Origin: Candidatus Latescibacterota bacterium
Lineage (GTDB): Bacteria > Latescibacterota > UBA2968 > UBA8231
Reading direction: 5' to 3'
DNA length: 64,000 nucleotides
Assembly: GCA_965223905.1 (NCBI GenBank)
Contig: CBDCXV010000011.1
Location: 768,001-832,000 of the forward strand
Shown here: one piece after another, positions 29,639-40,275 of the stretch
How the letters are laid out: every line of letters starts with the position of its first letter
How positions within the stretch are numbered: the stretch's first letter is position 1
Made by a program: the position numbers and the translations under genes
The notes under the pieces: model-generated
The model's input: the letters and a program-made list of their open reading frames with translations, nothing else
What the model was told of the DNA's origin: nothing
Databases searched by the model: none

Positions 29639-30160
29639 TTACAAAGGCCGCAAGATCATGGACATCTCGCGGCCTTCCATTTGCGGATGCTGGTGGACTA
29701 CGGCGACGTCGAGAAGTTTCTCCGCGACTTCCTGCATGACTTGCCGGCCGCGGTCGCGGTAGGCCACCTGACGGCCCAGGAAGCGCATGCTGATTTTCAC
29801 GAGGTTGCCCTTGCCGATGAACTCGCGAATGTGACCGAGCCGGTACTCCATGTCGTGCTCGCTGATGTTGGCGGTCTTGATTCTCACCGTCTTCATCTGC
29901 ACAGCCTGCCCCTTTTTTCGAGCCTCCTTGGCTTTTTTCTCTTTGTCGAAGCGGTATTTGCCGTAGTCCATGATACGGCAAACTGGCGGTCTGGCTTCCG
30001 GCGCGACCTCTACGAGATCGAGATCCGCTTCCTCCGCCATCGCCATCGCCTGTGATGTTCCCACGATGCCAACCTGAGTTCCGTCGGAATCAATCAGTCG
30101 AATCTCGGGGACCCGAATGGCGTCGTTGATTCTCGTAAATGACTGTTGCTGTTTGGCGAT
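29639..30160 (-). CDS. infC: Translation initiation factor IF-3, ATC start
   Basis: AGGAGG-N6-ATC in frame, giving RINDAIRVPEIRLID...PPVCRIMDYGKYRF. Confidence 0.95.
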   Translation of the reverse strand: MAKQQQSFTRINDAIRVPEIRLIDSDGTQVGIVGTSQAMAMAEEADLDLVEVAPEARPPVCRIMDYGKYRFDKEKKAKEARKKGQAVQMKTVRIKTANISEHDMEYRLGHIREFIGKGNLVKISMRFLGRQVAYRDRGRQVMQEVAEKLLDVAVVHQHPQMEGREMSMILRPL

Positions 30161-30285
30161 AAGGTACCTCCTGCAGTTTGGGTTGTGACGTTTGGCAGGC
30201 CATGTCGACTCGCATTCAGATGCGATTTACCCGCAAATATAACCGCCTGCCCTCCGGGAGAAAAGGCGTGATCGGGCTGGTTTTC

Positions 30286-32780
30286 TGAGGTGTACCCCGT
30301 CAACTGGACAGTAAGTGGACTGAAATAAGGCACCTTTGGGGTATCCATTTAACTGGACCCACTCTTGATGGCCCGCCACGGTCGGTTCGCCCCCGGACGT
30401 TCCAAGCTCGCCGGGCGTCCACGTTGGGTCGGTGGTACGGGTCGTACTTTGCGGGGGCGCCGGCTGGCGACGAGATCCCGATAGCGCACCGGCGCGTGGC
30501 CGACAGCCAGCTCGAGCACGCGATAGAACACCCTACCCCGGCTGCGAGAGCGGCGGCGGTTGAAGCGGAACACGAACTCGTCGAGGTAGCTGATCAGGTG
30601 GGCGTCGTCGACGGAGCCCTGATGAGTCCCCAGGAGCCAACGCTTGGCCAACGAGGCTACGCGATGTACGGCGGGCAACAGCTTGTTGGGATCATCGCCA
30701 CGAGCGCGCTCGGCGCCCTGGCTGCGCCTTTCATGTTCGTAGCCGAGCTGCGCCAGTCCCTGATAGGCCGGCCAACCGTCGGTGATGATCGTCGAGCCGG
30801 GTTCAATGTGGTCGATCACGAAGCCGTGAAGGGACTGGGCCGACGCATCGGCCAGAGGCGAGATTCGGCAACGGCCAAGACCCTTTGGCTCCCGGAGCTC
30901 CACCGCGATTCCGGTCAGCACCTTCTTGCCTTTGGCGCGGCCTCCTGCCAGCCCTGGATCGACCCCGCCGATGTAGGTCTCGTCCACTTGGACCGCCCCG
31001 GTCAGCAACTCACGACCGGGGCGTACCAACACCGACCGCAGCCGGTGCAGCATCGCCCATGCGGTCTGATACGAGCCGATCTCCAGCACTCGTTTCAAGC
31101 TCAACGCCGAGATCCCGTCCTTGCCGGTGGCGAACAGCCAGCACGCGGTGAACCACACCGTCAAAGGCGTCCGGGTTCGGTCGAAGATCGTACCGGCGGT
31201 CACCGAACTCCGCGTTCGGCACGCCGAACACTTGAACCGGCCATCGCCCAGGTGCCAGCCGTCCTCGTGTGCGCACGCCGGACACAGGAAGCCGTCTGGC
31301 CACCGCAGCCATGCCAGGTAGTCCAAGCAGTCCGCATCGGTGGCGAACCAAGCCTGGAACTCGCCCACGGATCTGGGGTAATGTACCCCGGCGCGAGGAG
31401 GATCCATGCCTCATAAGCTACGATAGGTCCAGTTAAATGGATACCCCCAAAGGTGCCTTTCTCATGCTTCCTGGAACGGGGTTGTTTCCCGTACCGAGTA
31501 TCGGTACGGACTGGAGGATCGTTCTTCTCCACAGTGGCCATTTTGGCCTAACCGAGAGGGAGAATACCGGCACGGATGTGGGGGCCCCCTCAGACCGCCC
31601 GGTAAACCTGGACCGGCGTGGCATACCCCAACGCCTGGTGAAAGCGGTCCTGGTTATAGAAGTCGAAATAGCGATCCACCCCATGGCGGATCTCGGCCAC
31701 CGTCTCGTATCCCTTCAGGTAGATGTCTTCGTATTTGAGCGAACGCCACAAGCGCTCGATGAAGATGTTGTCCCAGCAGCGCCCGCGGCCGTCCATGCTC
31801 ATGCGCACCCCGGCTTCCTCGACCCGCTGGGTGAACTCGCTGCTGGTGAATTGCGATCCCTGGTCGGTGTTGAAAATCTCGGGCCGTCCCTGGGACAGCG
31901 CCTCGTCGAGCGCTTCCAGGCAGAAGGCCGCGTCCAGGGTGTTGGCCAGACGCCAGGAGAGCACGTAGCGAGAGAACCAGTCCATGACCGCCACCAGGTA
32001 GACGAAGCCGCGGCGCAGGGGCAGGTAGGTGATGTCACTTGCCCATACGAGGTCGGGCCGATCGATCACCCGCCGGCGCAGCAGATAGGGGTAGATTCGG
32101 TGCGAGGCGTCCCCTGCCGACAGCCGGCGGCGCACCGGGATCGCCTGCAGACCCAACACCTGCATGAGCCGGTGTACGCGTTTGTGATTGACGGCATAGC
32201 CCTCGTGTCGCAACGCCTGCTCGAGGCGACGCACGCCGTAGAAGGGATAGCGGGTGTAGAGGCGATCCAGGGCGTGCATGAGCTCGAGGTCGAACGGGTT
32301 CCGGCGGTCGAGGCCGATAGTAGTAACTGGAGCGCGACAGCCCCAGCAAGGCGCACTGGCGCGCCACGCTCACCCGTTCATGGCCGGCTTCGATCATCGC
32401 CCGGCGCTCAGTCACCGAGAGCTTCGTGTTTTTTTTTCAGCCACTCCAGCTCCACCTGAAGGCGGCCGATCTGCTGATAGAGTTCGGGAATCAACGCTGT
32501 TTCGTCCTCCTTGGCGGTCCTCGAACCGGGGCGTTGGAAAATCTCAGGCAGGCCGCGCCACCAACTGCTTCTTCCATCCGCGAATCAGGTTGGGATGGAG
32601 GGAATACTTGCGCGCCAGCTCGCTGATCGTGTACTGCTCGCGGGCCGCCTCAAGGGCGACTTTGGCCTTGAACTGGGGGGAGTGAGAGGTGCGTTTCCTT
32701 GCCATCGGCTATCCTCTGGAGGGAATGATTTCTCAAATATCGCACCTTAACCAACTGTCCAGTTTTTGGGGTACATTACA
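30286..32780 (-). mobile_element. IS3-family element (frameshifted orfA/orfB at 31590-32705) containing an IS1595
   Basis: Ends TGAGGTGTACCCCGTCAACTGGACAG / TGTAATGTACCCCAAAAACTGGACAG; TTC target duplication; WASDITY, NTDQGSQF, DNIFIERLWRSLKYE. Confidence 0.9.
30327..31459 (-). mobile_element. IS1595-family element, intact transposase 30349-31407
   Basis: Zn finger CPAC/CSAC, VDETYIGG, TDGW, YLDEFVFRFNRR; ~33-bp near-perfect IRs. Confidence 0.92.
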
Positions 32781-32880
32781 TTCCCCCTGCTGCGGCATTG
32801 TGCAGAACTCTCCGTTCGCGGTTCTTACCCCCCGTTTCGATATCGGTAATTGTTCCATTGTGAAAGCCTGAGAACCAGGT

Positions 32881-33882
32881 ATGCACACCAACGACGTATA
32901 TGGCATTGGTCACGCTCTTGTCGATCTTCAATACCCCGTAGACACCGGGTTCCTCAGGGATCACGGCATTGCCAAGGGAGTGATGACCCTGGTTGAGGAA
33001 GATCGCCAAGTGAAACTGCAGGCCGCTCTGGCGGCCTCCCCGGCGAATTCCGCTTCCGGTGGATCTGCGGCCAACACGATGATCGCCCTTGCCCGCTGCG
33101 GCGGACGTGCCCATTACGCCTTTCGGGTTGGTGATGACCAGTGGGGGGACTTTTACTGCCGCGACCTGAGCGAGGCGGGGGTCGGAAGCGGATCCACGGC
33201 CCGGGGCCGCGGCAAAACCGGCCAGTGCATGGTTTTCGTTACTCCAGACGCCGACCGCACCATGAACACTTTCCTCGGGGCGAGCGCAGGAATCGGTCCG
33301 CGCCAAGTCGAACGCGAGGTTCTTCGCCGCAGCCGATTCGTCTACCTCGAGGGATACCTGCTGACCTCGGAACCTGGGATGGAGGCATGCGATCTCGCCC
33401 AGGGCTGGGCACGTAGCGAGGGGGTCGGAATGTCGCTGACGCTCTCCGACCCGACGATCGTGCAGGCATTCGGCGAGCGCTTTAACCAGCTGGTCCATAA
33501 CTGTGTCGATCTGCTGTTCTGCAACGAAGAAGAGGCACTCGTCTTTACGGGAGCGCCGGAACTCGAAAAGGCAGTTTCCGAGCTCGCGCACCGAGTTCCG
33601 ATCGCCGTGGTAACGCGGGGGGCCGACGGGGTGGTGGTCTGCGCTGGCACAACCCAGATCCAGGTCGACGCCGTACCCGTACAAGCCGTCGATACAACCG
33701 GGGCCGGGGACAGCTTTGCAGGCGGCTTCCTTTTCGGGATCTGCCGCGACTTCGGAATCGCCGACGCCGCCCGACTCGGCTGTTTTGCTGCCGCGGAGGT
33801 AGTTTCCAAGCTGGGGCCACGCCTGGAGCGGACGTTGGAAACAGAGATCGACACCGTTCTGGCCGACACTACGCCAACTTGA
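32881..33882 (+). CDS. PfkB-family kinase (adenosine kinase-like)
   Basis: SGGSAANT, RTMNTFLGAS, DTTGAGDSFAGG. Confidence 0.92.
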   Translation: MHTNDVYGIGHALVDLQYPVDTGFLRDHGIAKGVMTLVEEDRQVKLQAALAASPANSASGGSAANTMIALARCGGRAHYAFRVGDDQWGDFYCRDLSEAGVGSGSTARGRGKTGQCMVFVTPDADRTMNTFLGASAGIGPRQVEREVLRRSRFVYLEGYLLTSEPGMEACDLAQGWARSEGVGMSLTLSDPTIVQAFGERFNQLVHNCVDLLFCNEEEALVFTGAPELEKAVSELAHRVPIAVVTRGADGVVVCAGTTQIQVDAVPVQAVDTTGAGDSFAGGFLFGICRDFGIADAARLGCFAAAEVVSKLGPRLERTLETEIDTVLADTTPT

Positions 33883-33900
33883 TCATGGAGGAAGACTATA

Positions 33901-35016
33901 GTGAAGGTCATCGTTTACTACGGATTTACGGAGGAAGAACTGCACGACATGAAGGAGATGGTCTCGCGCCATGGAGACCACGAACTGGTGCACGCCAGCA
34001 CGGACGAAGAAGCCCTGGCGGACATCACCGACGCCGAGGTTCTGATGGGTCATTTCCCCGCATCCGTAACCAGCGCCGGCAAGCGGCTCCGGTGGATCCA
34101 GTTCGTTCAGCGCCGGCATGGACAAGCTCCTGGACCCGAGTATCGTGGGGCGGGACCAAGTCGTCATCACCAACATGGCGGGGCTTGTACGCGCCACAAG
34201 GGGGTGAACACGCATGGGCCCTGCTCCTGGCCCTGGCGCGCGGGATCCTTCCTGCCGTGCAGAGCCAGATGCGCAGGGAGTGGAAGGGAGGCGCCGCGGT
34301 GGAGTTGACAGGCGGCGTGCTCGGTATCGTCGGTCTAGGCGGATTTGGGCTGGAAACCTTAAAACGAGCCGCGGGATACGACATAAAGGTCCTGGCTCTC
34401 GACCCGGTTCGCACCGAACCTCCGGTGGGCGTCGCCGAGGTCGCCCCTCCTACGAAAGAGAACCTGCATTCCATGCTCGCCCGTTCCGATGCGGTGGTGG
34501 TCGCCTGCCCGAGAACGAAGGAAACTTGACTCCTTCGTATAAACCCCATTTTGAGGATGTTCAGCGATTCAGCACATTAGAGCGCCACTATATATTGGCC
34601 AACGAAGACAACGCATGCACTATATGTTGTATGACAAACCGGGCATTCTGAGCGACGTAGGGTTTTTACGAGAGAATCAAACTTATCACATGATAGGCCG
34701 CGAAGAGTTGGCGTGCATGAAGGAAACCGCCTACCTCGTCTGCACCAGCCGCGGCGGAATAATCGACGAAGCCGCCTTGTTGGAAGCCCTAGAATCCGGC
34801 TCCATCGCCGGCGCCGGCCTCGACGTCACCGAGGCCGAGCCCTTGCCCGCCGACGATCCGCTCTGGAACGCTCCCAACCTGGTGCTTACTCCGCATCGCG
34901 CCGGCGCTTCTCAGCACCGACCGCGCAAGGTCTACGAGTTCTTCTCGACACAGCTCGAACGCTACCTCAAGGGGGAGCCGGTCCTGAACCTGGTCGACAA
35001 ACGCCTGGGATTTTGA
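33901..35016 (+). pseudogene. D-2-hydroxyacid dehydrogenase disrupted by two +1 indels and a MITE
   Basis: GIVGLGGFG, SRGGIIDE, GAGLDVT, LTPHRAG across frames. Confidence 0.88.
34528..34678. mobile_element. 151-bp MITE
   Basis: IRs GACTCCTTCGTATAAACCC / GATTCTCTCGTAAAAACCC; AAACTT target duplication; removing it restores CPRTKET-YHMIG. Confidence 0.9.
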
Positions 35017-35024
35017 AGGCCGGC

Positions 35025-36262
35025 TAGTGGTTCACCTATGTAGTAATGCTGGATAGAGGCGGTGCAGCTTGATGCACGCATCGTCGGTGGTGAATTGCCA
35101 TTTGACCCTCGTTGGACTCTTCTCGCGTTGGGAGAGCCAGGCGTGGACTTCTTTGCTCAGTTGCTGAATCGTGCCGATGCGCCGGTCCAGACACTGCCGG
35201 GAAAGCACCTTCAACCCGATTTCGGCCATATTGAGCCAGCTACCCCGTTTCGGGGTGAAGTGAATATCGATTTTATCGGCGATGCGTTTGGCTTCTTCGG
35301 GCGCAAAGACGTCGTACAAAGCCGCCTTCTGGTGCGAGCTCAGATTGTCCATGACCAAGGTCAGGGCATCGGCTTCCGGGTAGCAGCGATCGACCAGATC
35401 TTTTCATCACCTGAGCCCAATCTTTCTTGGTGCGGCGCTGCGTGACCTGGACTTGGCAGCGGCCGGTAAGCGGTTCCAGCATCATGAATACGGTGGCCAC
35501 GCCGTTGCGGACATAGTGATGATCATACCGAGCCGCATGTCCAGGAATCGCCGGAAGAGGGGCCCGCACCTCTCCCACCAGCTGTTTGCTCGTCTCGTCC
35601 AGGCATACCGTGGGACGGGTGGGATCGTAGGGCCGGGTATAGATATCCAGCACATCCTCCATGGCCCAAACGAATTCGGCACTGGGGGCGCCCGGCAGGC
35701 ACCACATTTCCTGCCGCCAGGGCTTCAATGCGTTTTTTTTAGCGTCTTGCGGACCGTTTCCGGGCTGACCCGGTCGACCACCTCCAACGAAACCAGGCGG
35801 TCTGCTAACAATTTGAGGGTCCAGCCCTTCCTTCCCTCCGGCGGCGGGCTACAGGCCAGCGCTACGAGACGAGCCTCGGCTTCTCCGTCGGATGGTCTTG
35901 GCCCTGCGGTTCGTCTGCTCCTTGCGTTGGAGGGCGGCCTCCAGGCCTTCTTCGACAAATCGTTTGCGCAGGCGCTCGACCGTGCTGGAATGGACCTCGA
36001 GAGCGTGCCCGATCTGTTCGTCGGTCCAGCCGTCTCCCTGCGATCCTTGATCCGTCTTCAGGAGAATGCGCGCATGCCGCTGCTTGAAAGCAGCCGCTTT
36101 CCCCTTGGAGATGAGTCCGTGCACATAGGGGCGCTCCTCCGGGGTGAGAGTGACGAGGTATCTCTTCTTGGGCAACGCCGTACTCCTTTTCCAATAAAGG
36201 GGATCGGTAAAAAGGATACGGCTGCCACTTTTATTCCGCAATTCTAAATGGATCGACCACTA
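35025..36262 (-). mobile_element. IS630-family element B, copy 2
   Basis: Near-identical to 14291-15528 (one substitution seen); CTAG target. Confidence 0.95.
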
Positions 36263-37072
36263 GGGGAGTAACCCAACCCCCGCAGGTAAGCACGGGGTCG
36301 CAGCGCTGCGCCGAGCCTCGCTGATCGGATCGTCCACTCCGGGCACCGGCTCTCCCGGGCAACTGGTGATCACGCCATCGTAGCCCAGGCCATCCAGTGT
36401 CTTGAGAACTGCGGGAAAGTCGATGTTTCCCGCGGCCCCGACGTCACACCAGACCGGATGGTAGAGACCGTCCTCACCGCGTGTGCAGGAGCTGAAATCC
36501 TGGAGGTGGACGTAGTTGAGCTGGCTCCAGAAATCCCGAATGGATGCGACGGGGTCGTAACCCCAGAGCTGGGCGTGGGAGACATCGATGCAGAGCTTGG
36601 CGTTTTGCAGGCAGCTCATGTACAGCTGCCACTGGGCGATCGAGTCCACCAGCGTGTTGGTGTGAATGTGATAGCTTACCTCCAATCCCCGGGCAGCCGC
36701 ATACTCCGCCCACTCCTCTGCACCCTCTGCGGCACGGCGGATCTCGTCATCGTCGGCCTCCCTTCCCACCGGCTTGGCGCCACTCATGAACATGAAGCAT
36801 TGGACCCCCATCTCCGCGGCGAATTCCATACGCCGGCGATTTCGCTCAACGTGCGCTGAATCCCTGTCGTCAGGCGATCCGACGGCGGTAAAGACCGTCA
36901 ACGGCATGCCTGTGTTCGCGCATACCTGCTTGAGACGGCTGGGGGTTCCGAGCCAGTCGAGCGGCAGGCGCCCTTCCCAGCTGTCCCACCCGGCTTCCCT
37001 CAGTGCGACTAAGGCAGGCTCGAGATCCGGTAACTGCCACCTGAGGGTGCTGTAGGCCATGTTGAATGACAT
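36260..37072 (-). CDS. Sugar phosphate isomerase/epimerase (TIM barrel), C-terminus probably frameshifted
   Basis: SYHIHTN, CIDVSH, YVHLQD, GNIDFPAV; ATRAYLRGLGY lies in another frame. Confidence 0.8.
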   Translation of the reverse strand: MSFNMAYSTLRWQLPDLEPALVALREAGWDSWEGRLPLDWLGTPSRLKQVCANTGMPLTVFTAVGSPDDRDSAHVERNRRRMEFAAEMGVQCFMFMSGAKPVGREADDDEIRRAAEGAEEWAEYAAARGLEVSYHIHTNTLVDSIAQWQLYMSCLQNAKLCIDVSHAQLWGYDPVASIRDFWSQLNYVHLQDFSSCTRGEDGLYHPVWCDVGAAGNIDFPAVLKTLDGLGYDGVITSCPGEPVPGVDDPISEARRSAATPCLPAGVGLLP

Positions 37073-37106
37073 CGTCCTCTCCTCGTAACGATTTGCCGCC
37101 GGCTGG

Positions 37107-37922
37107 TTACCAGCGCTGTGCCAATGTGTAGAAAAGCTGGGCGCCGAGGCCCACAAGAAGGGCCGAGAGCAGCCGCAGCAGCAGGGGGCCCTGCACCAGG
37201 GTGGACAGTTTGGCGCCGATCTGGGCTCCGACCATCACGCCTATCGCCAGAAACAACGCCTTGTCGCTCTGGCCCTCGAAGCGCCCCCCCGAGGCGTGCA
37301 CGAGGGTGCCGGCAAAGGAGACGATTGTGAGGGCGAAAAGCGATGTGGCGGTAGCGACGTGAGGGGTGAAGCGAAGGACCTTCACCATGACCGGAACGCG
37401 GATTATCCCTCCTCCGATTCCAAGGATACCCGAAATGGCCCCAATGTAGGCGCTGAGAATGCACCCCAGCCGCAATTGTCGCCTCGTGTTGGCATCGGTA
37501 TCCGGTGAAACCTTGGTGTTCGCTTTCCGCGAACGCGGGTTGATGAAGGTGTAGCCGCCGAGCAGGACCAGGATCGCCGCCATCAGCGGATCGAAGTAGA
37601 GTCTCGGCACGTGCTGCGACAGGTAGGCTCCCGCCATTGCGGTGGGGATTCCCGCCAGCGCGAAGGCAATCCCTGAAACGTAGTCGATGCGGCGCATCCA
37701 ACCGTAGGTGACAGAGCCGGAAAAGGCGGTGAAGAAAATCACCACCAGGGACAGCGAGGTAATCTCGCTCGCCACTTCCCCCTTGTAGAGAAGCACGAGA
37801 ACTGGGACCAGAATGACCCCACCCCCGGCGCCGACGAGACTCCCCACGGTGCCGACAACCGCACCCAAGGCCACGAGAAACAGGAATTCAGGCATCCCCC
37901 ACTTACTTGGAGCGACCTGCAC
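37107..37922 (-). CDS. TauE/SafE-family membrane protein
   Basis: GAGGGVILVP, GIGGGIIRVP, ATATSL. Confidence 0.9.
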   Translation of the reverse strand: MQVAPSKWGMPEFLFLVALGAVVGTVGSLVGAGGGVILVPVLVLLYKGEVASEITSLSLVVIFFTAFSGSVTYGWMRRIDYVSGIAFALAGIPTAMAGAYLSQHVPRLYFDPLMAAILVLLGGYTFINPRSRKANTKVSPDTDANTRRQLRLGCILSAYIGAISGILGIGGGIIRVPVMVKVLRFTPHVATATSLFALTIVSFAGTLVHASGGRFEGQSDKALFLAIGVMVGAQIGAKLSTLVQGPLLLRLLSALLVGLGAQLFYTLAQRW

Positions 37923-38622
37923 TCCACCGTATTCGAAGCAACTCGCCGAAATTTTTCAGCATGCCGGTAATTGGTTTGAAGCGGCTGTCGGGATCGTCAC
38001 GCCAAACTATCGGAATCCGCACGAGGTTGTACCCGGACCGAACCGCCAGCAAGAGGATCTCGACATCGAACATGTAGCCGTCTACGGATTGCTGCTGGAA
38101 AAGGTCCCTGGCCACAGGTTTTTTGAAGAACTTGAAACCACACTGCGTGTCGGGAAATCCAGGGAGCCCCACGCAGGTCCGGAGCATGTACCGAAACAGT
38201 TCCGAACCCCATTTGCGGTACGCCCTTGGAGCTTGCGCGATGTCGGTACCGGGCAGCGTGCGGTCCCCCAGAACCCCGTCGACTCCGGGATTGCCGAGTT
38301 GCTCCATTGCCTGATCGAGAGCGCTGATTTCCGTCTTGTTGTCGGCGTCGATAAAACCGACAGCGGCGCCCCGGGAATGCAATACCCCTTTGCGGATGGA
38401 GTATCCTTTGCCGCGGTTCCTCTCGTTGCGCAGGCAGTGGATGCGCTGGTCCCCTCTTGAGGCTTCGCCGGCGATCGCCGCGGTCGAATCGTCGCTGCCG
38501 TCGTCTACGACGACGATCTCACACCCCCATGGGCGATCATCGAGAAAGGAGGTGATCGCGTCGAGGGTTTCGCTGATTTTTCGGGATTCGTTGTACGCAG
38601 GAACGACGATGGAAAGATCCAT
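37903..38622 (-). CDS. GT2 glycosyltransferase (polyprenol-phosphate glucosyltransferase-like)
   Basis: VVPAYNE, VDDGS, NRGKG, DAD, DTQCGFK. Confidence 0.92.
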   Translation of the reverse strand: MDLSIVVPAYNESRKISETLDAITSFLDDRPWGCEIVVVDDGSDDSTAAIAGEASRGDQRIHCLRNERNRGKGYSIRKGVLHSRGAAVGFIDADNKTEISALDQAMEQLGNPGVDGVLGDRTLPGTDIAQAPRAYRKWGSELFRYMLRTCVGLPGFPDTQCGFKFFKKPVARDLFQQQSVDGYMFDVEILLLAVRSGYNLVRIPIVWRDDPDSRFKPITGMLKNFGELLRIRWSAGRSK

Positions 38623-38757
38623 GAAATTCGCGCAATGTAGGATTGGGGTGGATCAGGGTCAAAGTGTTTCGATGGCCGGGATGTCGGTTGCACAGCTCCC
38701 GCTTGCCCTGGTATATTGCGGCCGATTGCCACCCATCCCCACGCCGTTCGAGTCTTG

Positions 38758-39804
38758 ATGCAGCGTGTCCATCACCGCCGATTGACAGAGCTGTGTGCGC
38801 AAGTCCTCGCGCACTACCGCGTGCCTCGGAAGGACGCCGAATTCGTCGCCGGCACCCTCGTCGAGTCGGATCTGCGCGGCATCCACAGTCACGGCAGCAT
38901 GAGACTGGGCCGCTACGCCCGCGAGCTTGAGTCGGGACTTACCAATCCTTCACCATCGATACGCACCGCCGCAGAGGGGCCCGCCTGCGCGCGCGTCGAT
39001 GGCGACGGCGCACTCGGACAACTGGTTGGACGGCAGGCCCTGTCGGTATGCATCGACAAGGCGCGGGCAAGTGGATCGGCCACGGTGACCGCTTGCCGGT
39101 CCCGGCATTTCGGAGCTGCGGGGACGTACTGCCTTTTGGCGTTGGAACAGGACATGATCGCCATCTCGATGACCGTTTCCAGTCCGCGTCTCGCCCCGAC
39201 TGGGGGTACACGGCCGATGTTCGGGACCAACCCGATCGCCATGGGAGTTCCGGGCGATCAGAATTTTCCCCTGGTCATCGACCTCGCCATGAGTTCCATC
39301 GCCGCGGGAAACCTCGAACTCGCCGCGTCCGGTGGAGAAACGTTGCCCGAGGGTGTAGCCCGGGATTTAAACGGGGAGCCAACAACCAACCCCCAAACAG
39401 CACTCAGTGGAACCATCGTTCCCATCGGCGAGCACAAGGGATACGCACTCACCTTGTTGATCGAGCTTCTCGCCGGCCTTCTCGGCGGCGCCCCCTATTT
39501 CGGCGTCGACCGCGCTGCGGTGCCTCGGCACATAGGTGAAAAAGGAATCGGTCATTCATTCATCTGCATAGACCCTGCTCGCTTCATGCCCGCGCCCCAG
39601 TTCAAAAGGCAGGTAGCAGAGATGGTGGCTGCCATAAAACGCTCCCCGCGCATGCCGGGAGTGGATGAAATCTTCGTGCCGGGCGAGTTGGAGGAGAAGC
39701 GCCGCCGGGACCGTTGCGAGACGGGTATTCCGCTTGCGGCTTCGACCCTATCCCTGCTGCAGGACCTGGCTCGTAAGTGCGGGGTGACCGCAACCCTGGG
39801 ATAA
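38758..39804 (+). CDS. Ldh_2-family (malate/L-lactate/ureidoglycolate) dehydrogenase
   Basis: GIHSHG, HFGAAG, GTNPIA, HKGYAL, PGE. Confidence 0.9.
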   Translation: MQRVHHRRLTELCAQVLAHYRVPRKDAEFVAGTLVESDLRGIHSHGSMRLGRYARELESGLTNPSPSIRTAAEGPACARVDGDGALGQLVGRQALSVCIDKARASGSATVTACRSRHFGAAGTYCLLALEQDMIAISMTVSSPRLAPTGGTRPMFGTNPIAMGVPGDQNFPLVIDLAMSSIAAGNLELAASGGETLPEGVARDLNGEPTTNPQTALSGTIVPIGEHKGYALTLLIELLAGLLGGAPYFGVDRAAVPRHIGEKGIGHSFICIDPARFMPAPQFKRQVAEMVAAIKRSPRMPGVDEIFVPGELEEKRRRDRCETGIPLAASTLSLLQDLARKCGVTATLG

Positions 39805-39847
39805 GGGGCATCTGTGGTCCCTCGCCATTTCACTCGAGGAGCCTGTC

Positions 39848-40192
39848 GTGAGTGAAACCATCTTCTCAAAGATCATCAAAGGTGAAATATCCGCCGATAT
39901 CGTCCACGAAGACGATCGCAGCATGGCGTTTCGCGACATCAATCCCCAGGCACCGGTCCACATTCTGGTCATCCCGAAAGAACCACTGGCCGGAATTCAG
40001 AATGCCGGGAAGAAGGACGAGTGCCTGCTGGGTCATCTGCTGGTTGTCGCCAGGGAAGTAGCGGCTGGAGAAGGCCTTACCGAACGTGGATTTCGATGCG
40101 TCATCAACGCGGGAGTTGACGGAGGGCAGACAGTGGACCACCTGCATATCCACGTGCTAGGCGGGCGCCGGCTGGATTGGCCCCCCGGATAA
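39848..40192 (+). CDS. HIT-family nucleotide hydrolase
   Basis: DINPQAPVHILVIP, HLHIHVLGG. Confidence 0.95.
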   Translation: MSETIFSKIIKGEISADIVHEDDRSMAFRDINPQAPVHILVIPKEPLAGIQNAGKKDECLLGHLLVVAREVAAGEGLTERGFRCVINAGVDGGQTVDHLHIHVLGGRRLDWPPG

Positions 40193-40275
40193 AAAAAAGC
40201 GGCCTTGCAAGCCGCCACTCCCATTTGCCTTGGTTGTTGTCGCTCGAACCGGAAGCGCTAACGCCCCTCGGGATC

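Noticed and set aside
34615-34690. N-terminus of the 133-aa ORF
   Set aside because: Derived from MITE sequence fused to the dehydrogenase remnant
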